From: Podarcis pityusensis
Taxonomy: Eukaryota
DNA length: 64,000 nt
Assembly: GCA_964106645.2 (NCBI GenBank)
Contig: OZ067039.1
Reading direction: 5' to 3' (one strand)
Position 1 is the first letter of the stretch. Each line of letters begins with the position of its first letter. Below, piece after piece: positions 21,176 to 34,980 of this stretch. The position numbers and the translations under genes were made by a program. The notes under the pieces are model-generated. The model saw only the letters and a list, made by a program, of their open reading frames with translations. It was not told where the DNA came from and did no database searches.

Positions 21176-22546
21176 TAATGACATTTTGGGAAAATCCCAT
21201 GCTGAAAGCATTAGCACTGGCTTGTTTGTTTGTTTTGAAGCACAGACAGCCTAAAAAATGTATGGCTCATATGTTTGCTTTTGTGTGTTACTGAGATGCA
21301 GATCAAGGAGACAATCAATGTATTTATTACAGTAAGATGAAAGGGATTGGCTGATAAAATGCACTAAATACTATATTAAACAGTGTGGGATATTCTCACA
21401 CATTTGTATTTGCATACAAATTTAGTGTTTTTCTATTGATCTTTTTAACAATTGATTCAAGTTCTCAAGACTAAAGCAAGTAGATGTGCCTCTTTGATTA
21501 GATAGGTAACCTAATTGGATTTTCTGCCTCTCCTTCTGGCTGGCTCTGCCTTTGACCTCATGGTTTCTGGCTCTTGGTCTGTTAATTGGCTGTGTTTTTC
21601 CATAGAACAGTGTTTTACGTGGTTTTGTATAATTGCTGCTGTCCCTGGATAGCAATATGTTTCTTGTAGCACCAAAATAAGAACAATGCTCTTGAAAGAG
21701 TATGACAATATTTTTCGAGATGCGAGAACTTGGGAATCCAGTCCTGTTCTCATGTATTAGTTGTACAGGTTGTAGCAGGATTAAGTGCTAGAAAGAAGAG
21801 GTTTAATTCAGGACCCAAACACTTTTTACACTTGCATAAGTAATAGTGATGACATTGCAAAAGATTAAGGCTTGGACGCAGCTGAACAGTCCTAGCACTT
21901 CTTGTGAAGCCTAGATTTATGAGAAATTAATCTGATTACTTCGGATTAGTTACAGTTCAGGCTTAGGGGGCACCAGCATGTACTCTGGTTCTACTAGTGG
22001 AGATTGATGTAGTGTCTATGTTAGGACAAGTCACAGATCAGTTGTCACAGAGGCACTTTTTGGGCAGCTTCCTCTTCAATATAACCTGCTGCCTGCACAC
22101 ACCCAATAAAAGCAAATGTGTTTATGACATATCTGTCTCTTGAGATAGAGGATAGTGATATGTTTTTAAGAGGCAAGTGCTTCCTGGAATTTTTTAGAAA
22201 CAAAAAAAATGTGTTTTTTAAATGGATAGTATAATGTCCGAGTTTGGACCCATTATACTGAAAATCAGGTGTAGTCATGCCAAAGTCACATTTGGTCTAC
22301 CATCTTGATTCAGAATGGCATCTGGCATCCAATTGTCAGTGGAAACCCCCCAGCTTGGGAACCCTCATGCTGAATTTGGTGATGTTATTGAGACAGCCAA
22401 AACTATGTCATAAAACATGCAAAGTTAAACCAAAGTGATATTTAGGTTTGCCATCTTGATTGAAAATGGGATCCAGTTTCCAAATGTGGATGAAGACCAC
22501 TTTTCCCACCTTGGGAATCCTTTTCCTGAGTTTGGTGATATCTCAA

Positions 22547-22775
22547 GAGACCCAGTGTGGTGTAGTGGTTAAGAGTCGTAATCTGGTGAACTGGGTTCGC
22601 GTCTCCGTTCCTCCACGTGCAGCTGCTGGGTGACCTTGGGCCAGTCACACTTCTCTGAAGTCTCTCAGCCCCACTCACCTCACAGAGTGTTTGTTGTGGG
22701 GGAGGAAGGGAAAGGAGAATGTTAGCTGCTTTGAGACTCCTTCGGGTAGTGATAAAGCGGGATATCAAATCCAAA
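22547..22775 (+). mobile_element. tRNA-derived squamate SINE (Squam3-like, tentative)
   Basis: A-box-like tggtgtagtggtt, B-box-like gggttcgcgtc, core gggtgaccttgggccagtcac and a simple-repeat tail. Confidence 0.65.
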
Positions 22776-22843
22776 CTCCTCCTCCTCCTCCTCCTCCTCC
22801 TCCTCCTCCTCCTCCTCTTCTTCTTCTTCTTCTTCTTCTTCTT
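22776..22843 (+). repeat. Compound (CCT)n(CTT)n microsatellite, SINE tail
   Basis: Directly visible. Confidence 0.95.
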
Positions 22844-25365
22844 AACTCAGAGAACAAAGGGAAAAATGGACAGACAAACTATTCTATACAATGTATAGTA
22901 GTTCCACTAAATATTGGCATCTATTTGCAAAATGTTTCACCATTGATTAATCTAGTGAAAACATGTGTATTTTAGTGTTTCCAAACCTTTAATAAGTATA
23001 TTACCATTATATTGTCGTCATGATTATGCTTGGTTCCCTTAGATTCAAGTTTCTTTAAACTACGCTCTTTTGAGACTTCTCAAATATGAATGCACTGAAT
23101 GGGGTATGCCCATGGAGAATGAGGTCCACTTGCACAACAAGACTCCCTCCCCAGAGCAGATTTAGGGGGTAAATCTCAGGGTTCCTCAGGGTAGGAAAGG
23201 GGGGAAAGTCCCATTTAATTCAATAAGTTATAATTAACCATAAAATCAGAAAACTGACTTGTTGAAATAAAAATGTCTGTGTTGCTTTATAGGTTTTTTA
23301 AAAAAATTTTTATTTAATTTCTGTGCTGCTTAATATATTAAACACATCTCTAAGAGGTATGCAGAAAATTGAAGCAACAACAGACAACTTAAATAAAATA
23401 TTACAAAAAAGGTTACGATAATACAATGTTACTAATATATAAAAATCAGTATCAGTTCATTTTCCTTCTAACAGACCCTCCCTCTCAGCCTCTGGGTTCT
23501 CACACAGGGTCCATCAAACTCCCAGGTCACCCACAAAAGTCTCACAACAAGAAGAGGTCATGGAAACAGCTGGCATCACCCTAGTCTCTCATACTAGACT
23601 TAATTTTTATGAGCAGGCCCAAGGTGGATGATACTTCCTTAAGCTGCCCACAACTGCGTTCCATTCAACTGCACTCTCCACACCCACCCAGTTCCAGGTA
23701 CAGCAGGTTTGTTGAGTTTCTCACTGGCTCCAAAGGATGGGGAAAAGGCCCCCTTCCACTCACAGCTCTTTCTTTACCCTTTGCCCTCTCCTCCTCCTCC
23801 ATCTTATTAGATGCTGATTGCTGCTATGAGACATACATGCATCACAGCCAAGAGGTTTTCTTTACTCAGCCTGATTAGGAATGAAAAACATGTTCCAGCT
23901 TAGCTGTTAAGGGACCTTGCTAGCATGCCCTGCCTTACACATTTTGATATTCAGTGTTATACCGATGGACTTCACCTGTTGGTTCTTTTCTTCAGAGTGT
24001 AAATATGTTTCTCTCCTGTTCTCAAGTGTGTTGGTATTGTCCTATGATTTTATTCACAAATTATGGTTATATATTCTAATCATGTTTTGATACATTTTGA
24101 AAAGCAGTGGACATACGATCTTGACTAATTTTGCCTTTCGTAATTGAAACTCTAATAGAAGATTATTAGTGCCTCTTCCTAAGCTTTTATTAACATATCT
24201 CATTGATACAGGACCACTGCAGATTAGACTTCATGGTCTAGAATTTAAATTTGTAATGTGTAATAGAAAGGACTGACTGTCTACTGTTCTTTGGAGTTAA
24301 AATAGTGCTCTGTTGGCAACCCTATACATACTTGGCCTGCAACTAGTTTTGTTATTTTGTGCGTTTATTTTAGTATCCCAGATCTTACTATTCTGGCTTG
24401 CAAATAATATTATGCTAAGTAGTGTTGAAATCTCTCTGATAATCCTTTCTAGTGGGAGTGAAACTATGGATAGTTCCCAGCATCTGTTCTACCTTATGCT
24501 TAATAGCTACTTTTGCATGATGCTTTCACTAACGCAAGGCAAAGGGCAACACACCAAGATTCTGAATTTTGAACTTGGGCTGACTTGCCAGTTCAATTTG
24601 TATGTAAAAGAATTTGTCTGTGCTGTATGTGTACAACAAGTACAACATCTTCTTGACCAGTCAACAGGGAAAGAATTAATCTCCACTCAAATACTGAACC
24701 AGTATGTAGATCCAGACTTATTGGAACAGACTTGTAGAAATCCATGTGGCTTAACGTAGTTGTGATGAATTTCCTGTTCATTTCAATGGGTTTTCTCTAA
24801 GCATGCCTAAGTCTGGATTCAACTCAAAATTACTCATTATAAGGAATGGCAGAGGTTTAAATAAAGCAGGGATGGAGAGACACACAGGAAAAAGTATCAA
24901 TTTTAAACAATGACAGGGATTTGAATTGAGCAAATAGGAAGTGACACAGGTCCTAGGTGGCAGTTTAAAACAAGGTTTGAGTACATCAAGAAGAGTTTGA
25001 AAAGGCCCTGTTGTGTTAGATTTTTTTGTGTTATCACATCTATTTCTTCCTTTTTAAAATTGTTTGCTTATTTTCTTGATAAACAACCTCTCAGTGTTTT
25101 TCTATCCCTATTTTACTAGAACTTCTGTTGTTGTTTGTAACAGCCACTTTTTTCCTTTCAGTGTACAGTGTCTCACTGTACTCAAACGTCTCCCTCTTCT
25201 ATTCCTCAGCTGCTGCATGTTAGAGGGATAAAGGATACAAAGCCCTCAAATATACCATAGTGCCTTCACACAATGTGTTTCACTCCTGGTGCTGTGTATT
25301 GTCTTCAACGTGAAGTTCCAGATTCAGTGTAGTAATTTAGAACATAATTTGTTAACAAGCATCTA

Positions 25366-25591
25366 CAGTGGTACCTCGGGTTACATACGCTTCAGGTTAC
25401 AGACTCTGCTAAACCAGAAATAGTACCTCAGATTAAGATCTTTGCTTCAGGATGAGAACAGAAATCGTGCTCCAGCAGCGCAGCGGCAGCAGGAGGCCCC
25501 TTTAGCTAAAGTGGGGCTTCAGGTTAAGAACAGTTTCAGGTTAAGTACAGACCTCCAGAACGAATTAAGTACTTAACTTGAGGTACCACTG
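25366..25591 (+). mobile_element. MITE family A
   Basis: Same TIRs and body as 2683-2923, with TA flanks. Confidence 0.85.
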
Positions 25592-26176
25592 TATGTACAA
25601 CATCCACCAGCTGAGCCTACCTTTCTCTAACTGAACCAACAAACTGGCTGACTTGCCCTTAGAAGTCTATTCATCTTAAAGATACAGCAATAAACAACAT
25701 CATGGGCTGTGTGCTCAGGGGGCTGCAGAATAGGAGAAGACAGAGGCATATAAACGAGGGTGGTCTGTGTGCAGAAGAGTGTTGGAAAAATGTGGGAGGA
25801 GAAGGTGAAAATCAGGGTGCAAAAAAGGAGTAGGAGGGGATGGTGGCTTCATATTTGAGAGGAAAGTGAATTGGGTGCTTAGTAGTTGCAATGTGTGAGG
25901 GGAGGAAGATGCAAGAGGTTACCATGGGGATGAATTGTTAGCAAGAAGAGCTGCATAAAAGGAATGAAAGTGGGAGGCAGGCGTGGTCATGGGGTGAAGA
26001 TAAAAATGGGTACGAAGCAGGGTTGCACAGCAGAAGTGGCTTCAGAAATGGGGTTGGAAAGGTGAATAATGAGCTTAGTAGTTGCATGGGAAGGGGAAGT
26101 GCTAGGGGGTTAATGGCAGAATGACAGCGGGGTTGGCAGGCAGAGTGAGCTGGGGTGCAGCCCCCCAAGCAAAATA

Positions 26177-26418
26177 CAGTGGTACTTCGGGTTAAGTACT
26201 TAATTCGTTCCGGAGGTCTGTTCTTAACCTGAAACTGTACTTAACCTGAAGCACCACTTTAGCTAATGGGGCCTCCTGCTGCCGCCGCGCCACCGGAGCA
26301 CAATTTCTGTTCTCATCCTGAAGCAAAGTTCTTAACCTGAGGTACTATTTTTGGGTTAGCGGAGTCTGTAAACTGAAGCGTATGTAACCTGAAGCGTATG
26401 TAACCCGAGGTACCACTG
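26177..26418 (-). mobile_element. MITE family A (inverted)
   Basis: Reverse complement of 2683-2923, with TA flanks. Confidence 0.85.
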
Positions 26419-27639
26419 TACATAAAAAAACATTTTTATGTGCATATGTGTGCATGAGTATATATTACATGTATAACATTATTGCGAATATTCAGTTGTA
26501 AGATGTTGCTTGTCTAGCCCTGTAGAATAAGTAATGGGAAGATTAATGAATCCTAAACCTTTTACATTAAATCTTTCCAAGCAAGTCTTTGCATCTCAGG
26601 ATACTTCAGTAGGGTGCAAAAACAGCCATTTTCCCCAATTTGGAAAATATGCTTCTGTTTGTATTTTTTTGGAATTTAACATATTTTATGTTTGCTTGTG
26701 TGCCACTTTCTTTTTTTTAATTGGGTGGATACTTATTGTGACAGCCTTTTTGCTACGGTATTACTGGGGAAATGAGAAATTGTGAGGATGAGTAGCTGGA
26801 AAGGAATGAGCATTCAGACACAGCGTGGTTTGCAGATCAGTTTGAGCGAATGTAATCCATAAGCTTATGGACTGGAGGAGCATTTAATTTCAAAGTGCTG
26901 CTCCCTCTCTCTCTAAACTGGAAAATGCAAGACTTTGTGTAAAGGAACCACTCAGCCACATTCTGTTCATTTGTAAACAAGTGATGTTTACCTTTCCCAC
27001 TTATAGCCTTACTTTATTTTAGAACTAGTTTATTGCATTTCATGCCAAATAAAATATGCAAAGCAGCTGTCAGTTTTCATTGCCATTAATAGCTGCATGT
27101 TTATTTGCATACTTCATTTTAAAAAATGAAAACTTTTTAAGAAATTAAGTGCCTTTTATATGAGGTATGGGGATATGAAAAAATATATGTCCTGAATACT
27201 TAATCCTGTGTTAATCAATTTCTATAGAATTCTCATTGGAGTTGGTTGTGTCTTCATAAAGGGAAAGCAGGCAGGAAGATGTTTAAGACTATATAATATA
27301 TTCAAAGTTTTATAAAGTATTTTCAAGCCGAAGTGCTATACAATATAATAAAACCAAAGATGGGTCCTAGCTGCAACCTGTTTTCATGCTAAGCTTTAAA
27401 ATGGCCTTCAGGTGATCCTTGTTTCATGGAACTAAATTTTACTGTACTATTCATCTACACTGGCTAAATGGGAGGTGCTGTAATTTTTTTGACAGGAGAG
27501 CTGAGTGGTGGTAGGAACAAGTCCTTATAGTTTTATCTAAGCAGTTGAAGTTTTATCTAAAAACAGAGCTATATTGTTGCCTTGAGTAAACTATCCTCCC
27601 GCCCAAAATGCAAGATACAGAATTTGAAAATAAATAAGC

Positions 27640-28040
27640 ACATATGAAAGGAGCACCAAGAAGAATGGAAGAAATTCAAAGATTATTTAGTTAAATATGC
27701 TAAGATAATATAAGTAGAACTATTTGTAAGTACCAAATTGGCCTAGGAGTTAAATATGTTAAATTGTATAACATTATGGATAGAGAATAATATGAAAAGA
27801 AAGAAAGATGTTAATTGATTAAGTTCATTTGAAAGAAGTATTGGAAAACTGCTACAATGATTTATATGGAAACTCAGCTAGGGGGATTTGAGGAAGTCAC
27901 CCAACAATGATAACAAAATTGGGATTTTAACAGCTAGGATAAATGTTTGTTTGTTTGTTTGTTTTATACTGTAATTTTTTTTTTTTATGTCTGTTATAAA
28001 TTTGGAAAACTAATAAAAAAAAATTGAAGGAAAAAAGAAA
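27640..28040 (+). mobile_element. Short degraded L1 3' end
   Basis: gaagaatggaagaaattcaaagattattta resembles the L1 ORF2 end at ~15750. T-rich UTR, AATAAA and A-rich tail follow. Confidence 0.45.
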
Positions 28041-28642
28041 ATATGTTTCTCCCACACAACATCCCTTAAAAAATGTGCGTATTCCATTGCCTCCATTGCT
28101 GGCCTGAATCGAAAGGAAGGCTATCTTCAGTCCAAAATCACTAGTATTTCAAAACCAAATGGTTATAGTAGTAAGGAGGAAAGAAGCAGGACTTTATTTG
28201 GATATCAGAGGATCTTGGTTATTGTGGGGATAAAAAGGGGGCCATCAATGTAACCTTGAGGTCCTTGGAAGAAAGAAGGAATATAAATGAATGTCAGGGA
28301 GACATTGTGAGGATTACTTTTCCTCACATCAAACCTTTTAAAACTTTTTTTGCTTTTGGATCTCACCCCTCAAGGGCCTCAGGCAGGGAGTTAATGTTAC
28401 AACTATCCCGTGAGGTAGTTTATCTGAGGGATTGTGACTTGTCTAAACCCAACCAGTAAGTTTAATGACTACGAGGGTTTGAATCCATTTTGTGATCTTT
28501 AGGATATGACTTTCTTATGAAATGAGGACATTTCTATTAAACTAGGCATCTTGGAACCGTTTTTCTGAATGCCATCTTTGAATATTAACAACACAATAAG
28601 AAAGATCTATGCATTTAACCTCTTGCAATTCCTCTCTTTCAG

Positions 28643-28690
28643 CTTGAAAACCCCAGATATTTACGTGAGAAACCTATACCATTTTCACTG
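28643..28690 (+). CDS. CEP112: CEP112 coding exon (LENPRYLREKPIPFSL)
   Basis: tttcag / gtaggt splice sites. Conserved ENPRYLRxKPIP motif. Confidence 0.92.
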
Positions 28691-28784
28691 GTAGGTTGCG
28701 TTTTTCTATTTTGCTTTGTAAGAATTTCTAGTCTACAATTGCCCCAAAGGCAATGCGAAGTTGACTTTTTTATTTTTTCAATAG

Positions 28785-28862
28785 ATGTCACCCAGGATAG
28801 GTATGAGGAAGCACAATACTTCTCAAGAGGAACAGGCATTTTCCCGCATGTTTGAAAAGGAG
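28785..28862 (+). CDS. CEP112: CEP112 coding exon (MSPRIGMRKHNTSQEEQAFSRMFEKE)
   Basis: caatag / gtaata splice sites, phase 0-0. Follows a 94-nt intron. Confidence 0.85.
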
Positions 28863-31800
28863 GTAATATATATGCATATATATTACTTGTGGGGCTAACA
28901 GTCTCATTTATTTGTTTTAGTGAATGTGTGAATGCCTGTCTTTTAAAGCAATAAAAATATGAAAAACAAAGGGTTGGATCCAGGGTTCCTATGACTAAAG
29001 TTCAAGAAGCTTCTTTGGATGACAGGCCCAGTACTAGAAGTGAAATAGAACAAGCCTTTTAATGTGATAAATGATGCTTCAGAACAGCCACCTTGAATCT
29101 CAGGCTCCTGTTTGCTATGGGTTGGTGATGCTCATGGAAAGGGAGGGGAGGCCATTTTTACAGATTCCCTCTATAGCCTTCTGCCCCACTTCCCATGAGC
29201 TACTAGAGTGTCCTTACAGCATTCAAGAAAATACTTTTTGAGAGGATGCTAGATCTTCTTCCAGTAATTACTGCAACCATTTAAACCAAATGACCCCAGT
29301 CCATCCTGGTGAGGTGCTTTAGTAGGATTTCATCTCCCAGGCCAGAATATCCACTAAGGCACCAAGGCAATTACATCACCAAAGTGAGGCTGTGGAACCT
29401 GATAGAAATGGATTCAGGTAATCGCTTTCCTCCAGGAAAACCAATTTGTGGTTTAGTAATCTGGTTTTCAAAGAAAAGGCACAAAAAAGTCTTTGGATCC
29501 TGGCCACTATTTGAACAGAGCCTGATTGCATTAAAGAAATAGTGCCCTTGGTTATCTGTAGAACTAATGAACAGAAAGTCGTACTTGAATATTAAAAAAC
29601 AGAAACTTGGCAAATAACTCATTTTATACCGAAGTTAACATAACCTGCTCTTGGACTTCTGTGGTTTTCTTTAAAACTGCAACATGACACATGGTTATAT
29701 ATTCATACGTTCCACAGAAGTGGATAGGACTTAATTATGTGTAACTGCAGGATTTCAGCCAGTGTTTTCACAGATTAATTCAGGGAATGCAACCTATTTT
29801 TTTTAAGTATAATAGCAAGTTGTTCCGTTTGGGGTTTTTTTTATATAGTTTTGAGTCTATGTTGTTCTTGCTGGTGGCTGCTATTCTGGTACTTGCTCCC
29901 TTTTGGAATATATTATATAGAATAATTAAAAGTGACTGCTCCCTTTTGATGTCTTTGCCATACATGTAATGGAATCTTTATTTTCTGAGATGACATCTTG
30001 GTATTGAAATAAACATCCAGATTCTACCACATGTGTACATTTAAAGGAAGGAACCTCTCCTGAACCTGTTCATATACTGTATCTTAAGATTATTCTTAAA
30101 TTTGTTGTGGTTTTGTGTCTCTTCCACACCCTGAGTTATTTTTTGTTGTCTGACGATAGCTCACATGTATTTTAGTGTGTGGTTTCTATAAGAAGCTTGC
30201 AAATACAACATGCTTTGGTATGTAGTTTAAGATGTGACTAAATGGCAACCTAGCTAAAAATGAACAGACATACGTAGTAAGCAGTCCCATGGTGAATGTA
30301 TTGTGGTTTACCTTCTGCCTGTCCCACCCCAAAGTGTCAATACTTACTATGCAGAGTTGAGCTCAATTTTTCTGCTGAAAAGATGGCAGTGTTTTTCTGT
30401 ACGTACATTTGGAATTGTGAATGGATTCATAATGAACATAAAGTAATGGCTTGGGAAGGAACATTCGTGACTAAAATAGGTTCATCTTGTATACAAGAAG
30501 TTCACCTATAAATGTGCTGCTCTCTTCAGTTTGATAACTTTGTGATGTCCTGCATTCCTTGAAGCTAGGATCAATAATTTCTTGTAACAACTGCATCTCA
30601 TTTGTCACGGTGCAGAATCTCAGAATAAATATTTTCTGCTTGAAGCACATTAATATTTATTTTGGTGCTGTAACCATGGCATGGCTCAGAACAAATTCTC
30701 TATTGTCCAGACCAGGGCCTCTCTATTGCTGTATATTGAACTATTGTTGCACATTGAAATCACATGCAACATGATGAGTATGAGGCAGGTAGAGATGTGA
30801 TTACAGAACACAAGATTGATAAGTTGTTATTGCTATGAGCTGGAAGGATTTTTTAAATTTTGTTTTGACTACGACAGACCAACACGGCTACCTACCTGTA
30901 ACTAGAACTATTTCACAGTGTTGTTAAGAATACACAGGAAATATAATGGAAAAGTGGAAGTTTCCATTCTTTTAATTATATTATCTAGCTCCCTACATTT
31001 CTTTTTGTTCTTGTTAACTTTTCTTTGTACCTGCAAACAGTTAGCAAGTTTTAAGGAAATACAGTTGTGTAAACTCAGTAATAACATAGACCTTTTGCTT
31101 TATGGTACAAAAGTGTACTCAAAGATGAAACTTTATTCAAATGGAATGGTTCTAAATATAAGCCTTTTTCAGAATAGAGACTGATTGGCATCAAAATGGA
31201 CTGGGTTAAATAGGATAACTGGCTCTTTGCTTTTAACCTTTCCCCTTCGTTCATAAACCATTCCTGCACCTGTTTTTACTCCCTAACAGCAAACACATGG
31301 CCTTCTTCAGTGATAGATCTCTGAAAATATGAAAGTTACCAACCAGCAGATTCTAGTAGCTCTTTTCTGTGTACTTTTGACATCAATTCAACTGTTGGAT
31401 GACTGTCATCAATTAAAAACCATGGGTTCAAATAAGGAAAGAAGAAACCAGCAAGAGCATACTGGTTTTCAACAGCTCTAGAGCAACTGAGAACAGATGG
31501 CAGAAGTGGTTCATTTTGAGAAATAGGAAAGTTCGCTTTGAACTCCACCCATCCTGAATGCCATCCACCCATAAAAAGAAGGGAGTAAAGTTCTTATTTA
31601 CATTCTGAACAACATGAAACCAAAAAAGTTTCTGGAAATTAGTTTTTTAACTTGTGTAGAATAGAAAACAAGTCTAGCTGTATAATGCCAGTATGATTTT
31701 AGTAGTTATAAACAGCTTTCAAACAATTGATTTAGTTGGTTTAAACTGTGGAGTTTTAGAGCCTTTTAGTGTTCCTGTTTAATTTTAAGGCTTCCATTCC

Positions 31801-34329
31801 ATTCCGTGTTGTCATATTTTGGATTGCATCTTTAAAATTCTCTAATTTCCCCCCTTGGAAGTAAGGAATAAAGAAATGTATAATTTTTAATGAAACTTTT
31901 GCTAAGCAAAGATAAAGGTTTTCTGTTTTTTCTTAGTCTCACTTAAGGAAAAAATTAAATATTTTTGAAAGACAAGTTCCTGGCTGTTCTAGCACTGTGG
32001 TACAAATATAAGAATGAACCAATTTCATGTTCTGGATACTTCATAGTTATTTTTACACAGTGTAATGCCATCTTGTGGTTGAATAATTGCATGTTAGGTG
32101 AAAGTACTGACTAAGTATTACTTTCATTACATCAAGGGTGCTTTATGACCATAGGGCAAATCAGGCTTTGACTGTGCTTTGATCCTCTGAATATTTCTTG
32201 CTGAGTGATGGACTTTGCTGTTACCTTTGTGGAAACTTAAGCAGTGTATGCTTCTGGGGAAAAAACTTTAGCTATCTTTCCGATTTAGAACTAGAATCCT
32301 AGTGCACCAAAGTAGCATTTGCAGCTGAAATATCTCACCTCTTTCTACCTTCAAATTTGAATCTTGGTAGCTCACATGACCGGACAGATATTGCAAGTCT
32401 CTTACCGTGAATTTTCCCCCAGACTCCAGAAGAAAGTCACAAGACACCTGTTAACAGTTGATGTAAGACCACAACTTTTATTAAACACTATAATTGTAGG
32501 GTTACCCTTCCCATATCAAGACCTCCCCTCTCCCTATTTGGAGCAGAGACCAAGTCAAGGGTATTCCCTAAACCATGCATTGGGCTGATGACTACCTGAG
32601 CTATCCAAAGGGGAAGGGAAGGAGGAGTCCTCTACATGCATGTTGAAATTGTCTAGGACCATAGTCTTTGCTTTCTACAACACAAGCCCACAGAATACCT
32701 CAGCAAGGCCATTGGGCAGCAGGGTGTGTGGTACATGCAGCTGTGATCTGTGGGAGAGTTTCTCCTGCAAGTTCCAAAGGCCTCAGAAGCCTGCTTTCAC
32801 AGTAACTTGGTAGAGGGATTATAATTTGGCTGTCCCTGTTCTGTGGAGATGCAACAGGTGCCCACTATCTGGAAGAAACTGAAGATATTTTTGTTCCGAC
32901 AGGCTTCCCTAGCTGTGTCTTCACCGTAAGTGTCTGCTTTGTATGGTTTTAGTTACGTTTTAAAAGTATTTGCTGGTTTTGTTCTTTTCAACTGTTCTAA
33001 ATTATCTTCAATGTACAGTGCATTGAGTTTGAGAAAGCTGTTTAGAAGCCACTTAATAAATAAGTGGTGGTGATAATAAAAATACACCCAACAGTATTCC
33101 CAGCCTGTCTCCATGTCAGACACAAACCCTCCCGTCCAGGTTGTAAGAGGAGAGGAATGAGATCCACTCTCACATTGGGACTTTTCTGCCTATCCTCTCC
33201 TATGTGCCCCCTAAATCTGCTCTGGAAGATTGAGGGAGCCCCCAGAACAAGTTTAAGGGGAAGGGGGGGATCCTGTTGCATAAGTGGACCTCAGTCTACA
33301 CAAACACAACCCACTTTACTCTGTTGAATTCCACCCAGTGTTTTCAACATTGGTGGAAAGTATTGTGCTGCTGTTTCCAAGGGACAGTTTGGTCATCATT
33401 GTTGCCATCCTTTAATGTGATAGTTAAAAGGTAAAAGGTTTGGCTATCAGAAGGCAAGTCTGTATGGGGAGACAGAAACAGCAGAGGAGTGGTAGCCATG
33501 TGGTGCACTTCACATAGCGTTGGACTTCAACTCAGATCATTGTGGGCAATTGGCTATTCAGGCCAAGGTTGATGGATTGGGAACTGCACTCCCAAAATCT
33601 ATGGAAGTCACCATGTTGGCTTCCTAGAGGGTTAGACATTATTTGGACCGATGGGAACAGGTATGGATTCTTCATGTTTATTAATTTCTAGGGCATGGAA
33701 TTGAAACCTATTAAAATGACAGTGAATTATAGTTTATATCTGATGATGGCGAGACATTCAGACAAATCAAAAAACAAAAACTGCAGAGCTGGACCATTCC
33801 TGGGTAAAGTGCATTACATGGGATTTAGCATCTTCATCTCTGGTAATCTGTTTGAAAAGTGTTTTTGGCAAAGTGACTTTATGGAAGTAAGGATTGTGGA
33901 TGGGGGAGTGAAGACTTCTTGGGAATATAAACCTTTAGTTTAAAATATTTTTTCCCCAGGGTTGACATACATAAAACATTAGAAGCATAAAATCTTAGGT
34001 GGCATTTTCTTTTTGAAAACTCTCCAAACAGACATTTATATTAATAATGAATAGGTAATAGTTCTAAATTTTTAATCTTGAAGTACAAAAAGATGTAAAT
34101 TTTTAAGTTTTCAAAACCAACACTCATAGGAATTTTAAGTGTTGCTTCTCTGTGGAAATTAAACGGCAAATGTAAAGGAAGGCTGTTTTTTCCCATTCAA
34201 GCTGCTTCCTCTTAAACTGCAGTAAATTTTGAATAAAAGGAATTGCGTTGTTTACTTCTTCAGCAAAACATCAATAAATTACCACCCAATCCTTAATAAA
34301 TAAGCTTCCTAAAGGTGCCTTTGTTGGGT

Positions 34330-34980
34330 AATTCAATTGTGACCAATCTAACATTTGTAAGCTGCTTTACATAATGTTTTGTGTTTTAGCTACTTTTATT
34401 TCATTCCGATTAACATTAACTTGTTGTGTTAATTGCCTTGATCCTCCCTACAAAAATAATCAAGAAGCATGCCACTGGTAGTTTAAATGCTTTCTTGTTT
34501 TTGAAAGCTGTGACCCATGTCAGACCCATGTCATTGAGGTCTTGCAACCTCAAGAATTTATCTGTAACTTACGGTAAGTGTTTTCTCTAAAAGTGGCAAA
34601 TGACCCCTGGCTAATGTTATATGTGAGAATTTGTTGATAGAAACCCCCAAATAAGTTCCTCTAAAGCAAGATCTTGTGCATGTGACTCTTGGCTATGAAT
34701 TCAAAAGTTGCAGACCAGCATCAAGCCCGTGTGAAAAGTTGTAACACTTTCAGGAATTTATACTTCGCTATGGCAACACCCTAATAATATGGTTCCGTTC
34801 AACTCAATATTTATCATTTCATTCATCATGTCACAGGAGTCCTCCCTTTTAAAAAGATTTCATACTAATGAATATCATATTGCATCGCCTGGCTAACAAA
34901 TGTTCTTTTCATTGTGCCAGTCTCCAACTCAACAATAACAAAGTTGACCACTGACATCAGCACTTCAGTGACTGTTTCTG
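34330..34980 (-). repeat. Second, inverted copy of the unidentified repeat at 13850-16368
   Basis: Includes a 53-nt exact match and the empty site of the L1 insertion. Confidence 0.6.

Noticed and set aside
22691-22975. Poly-Pro/Leu ORF (and poly-Leu/Phe at 45926, poly-Ile at 60664)
   Set aside because: Translations of microsatellites.
24313-24759. 148-aa hydrophobic ORF
   Set aside because: Non-ATG start in T-rich intron sequence, with no recognisable homology or splice context.
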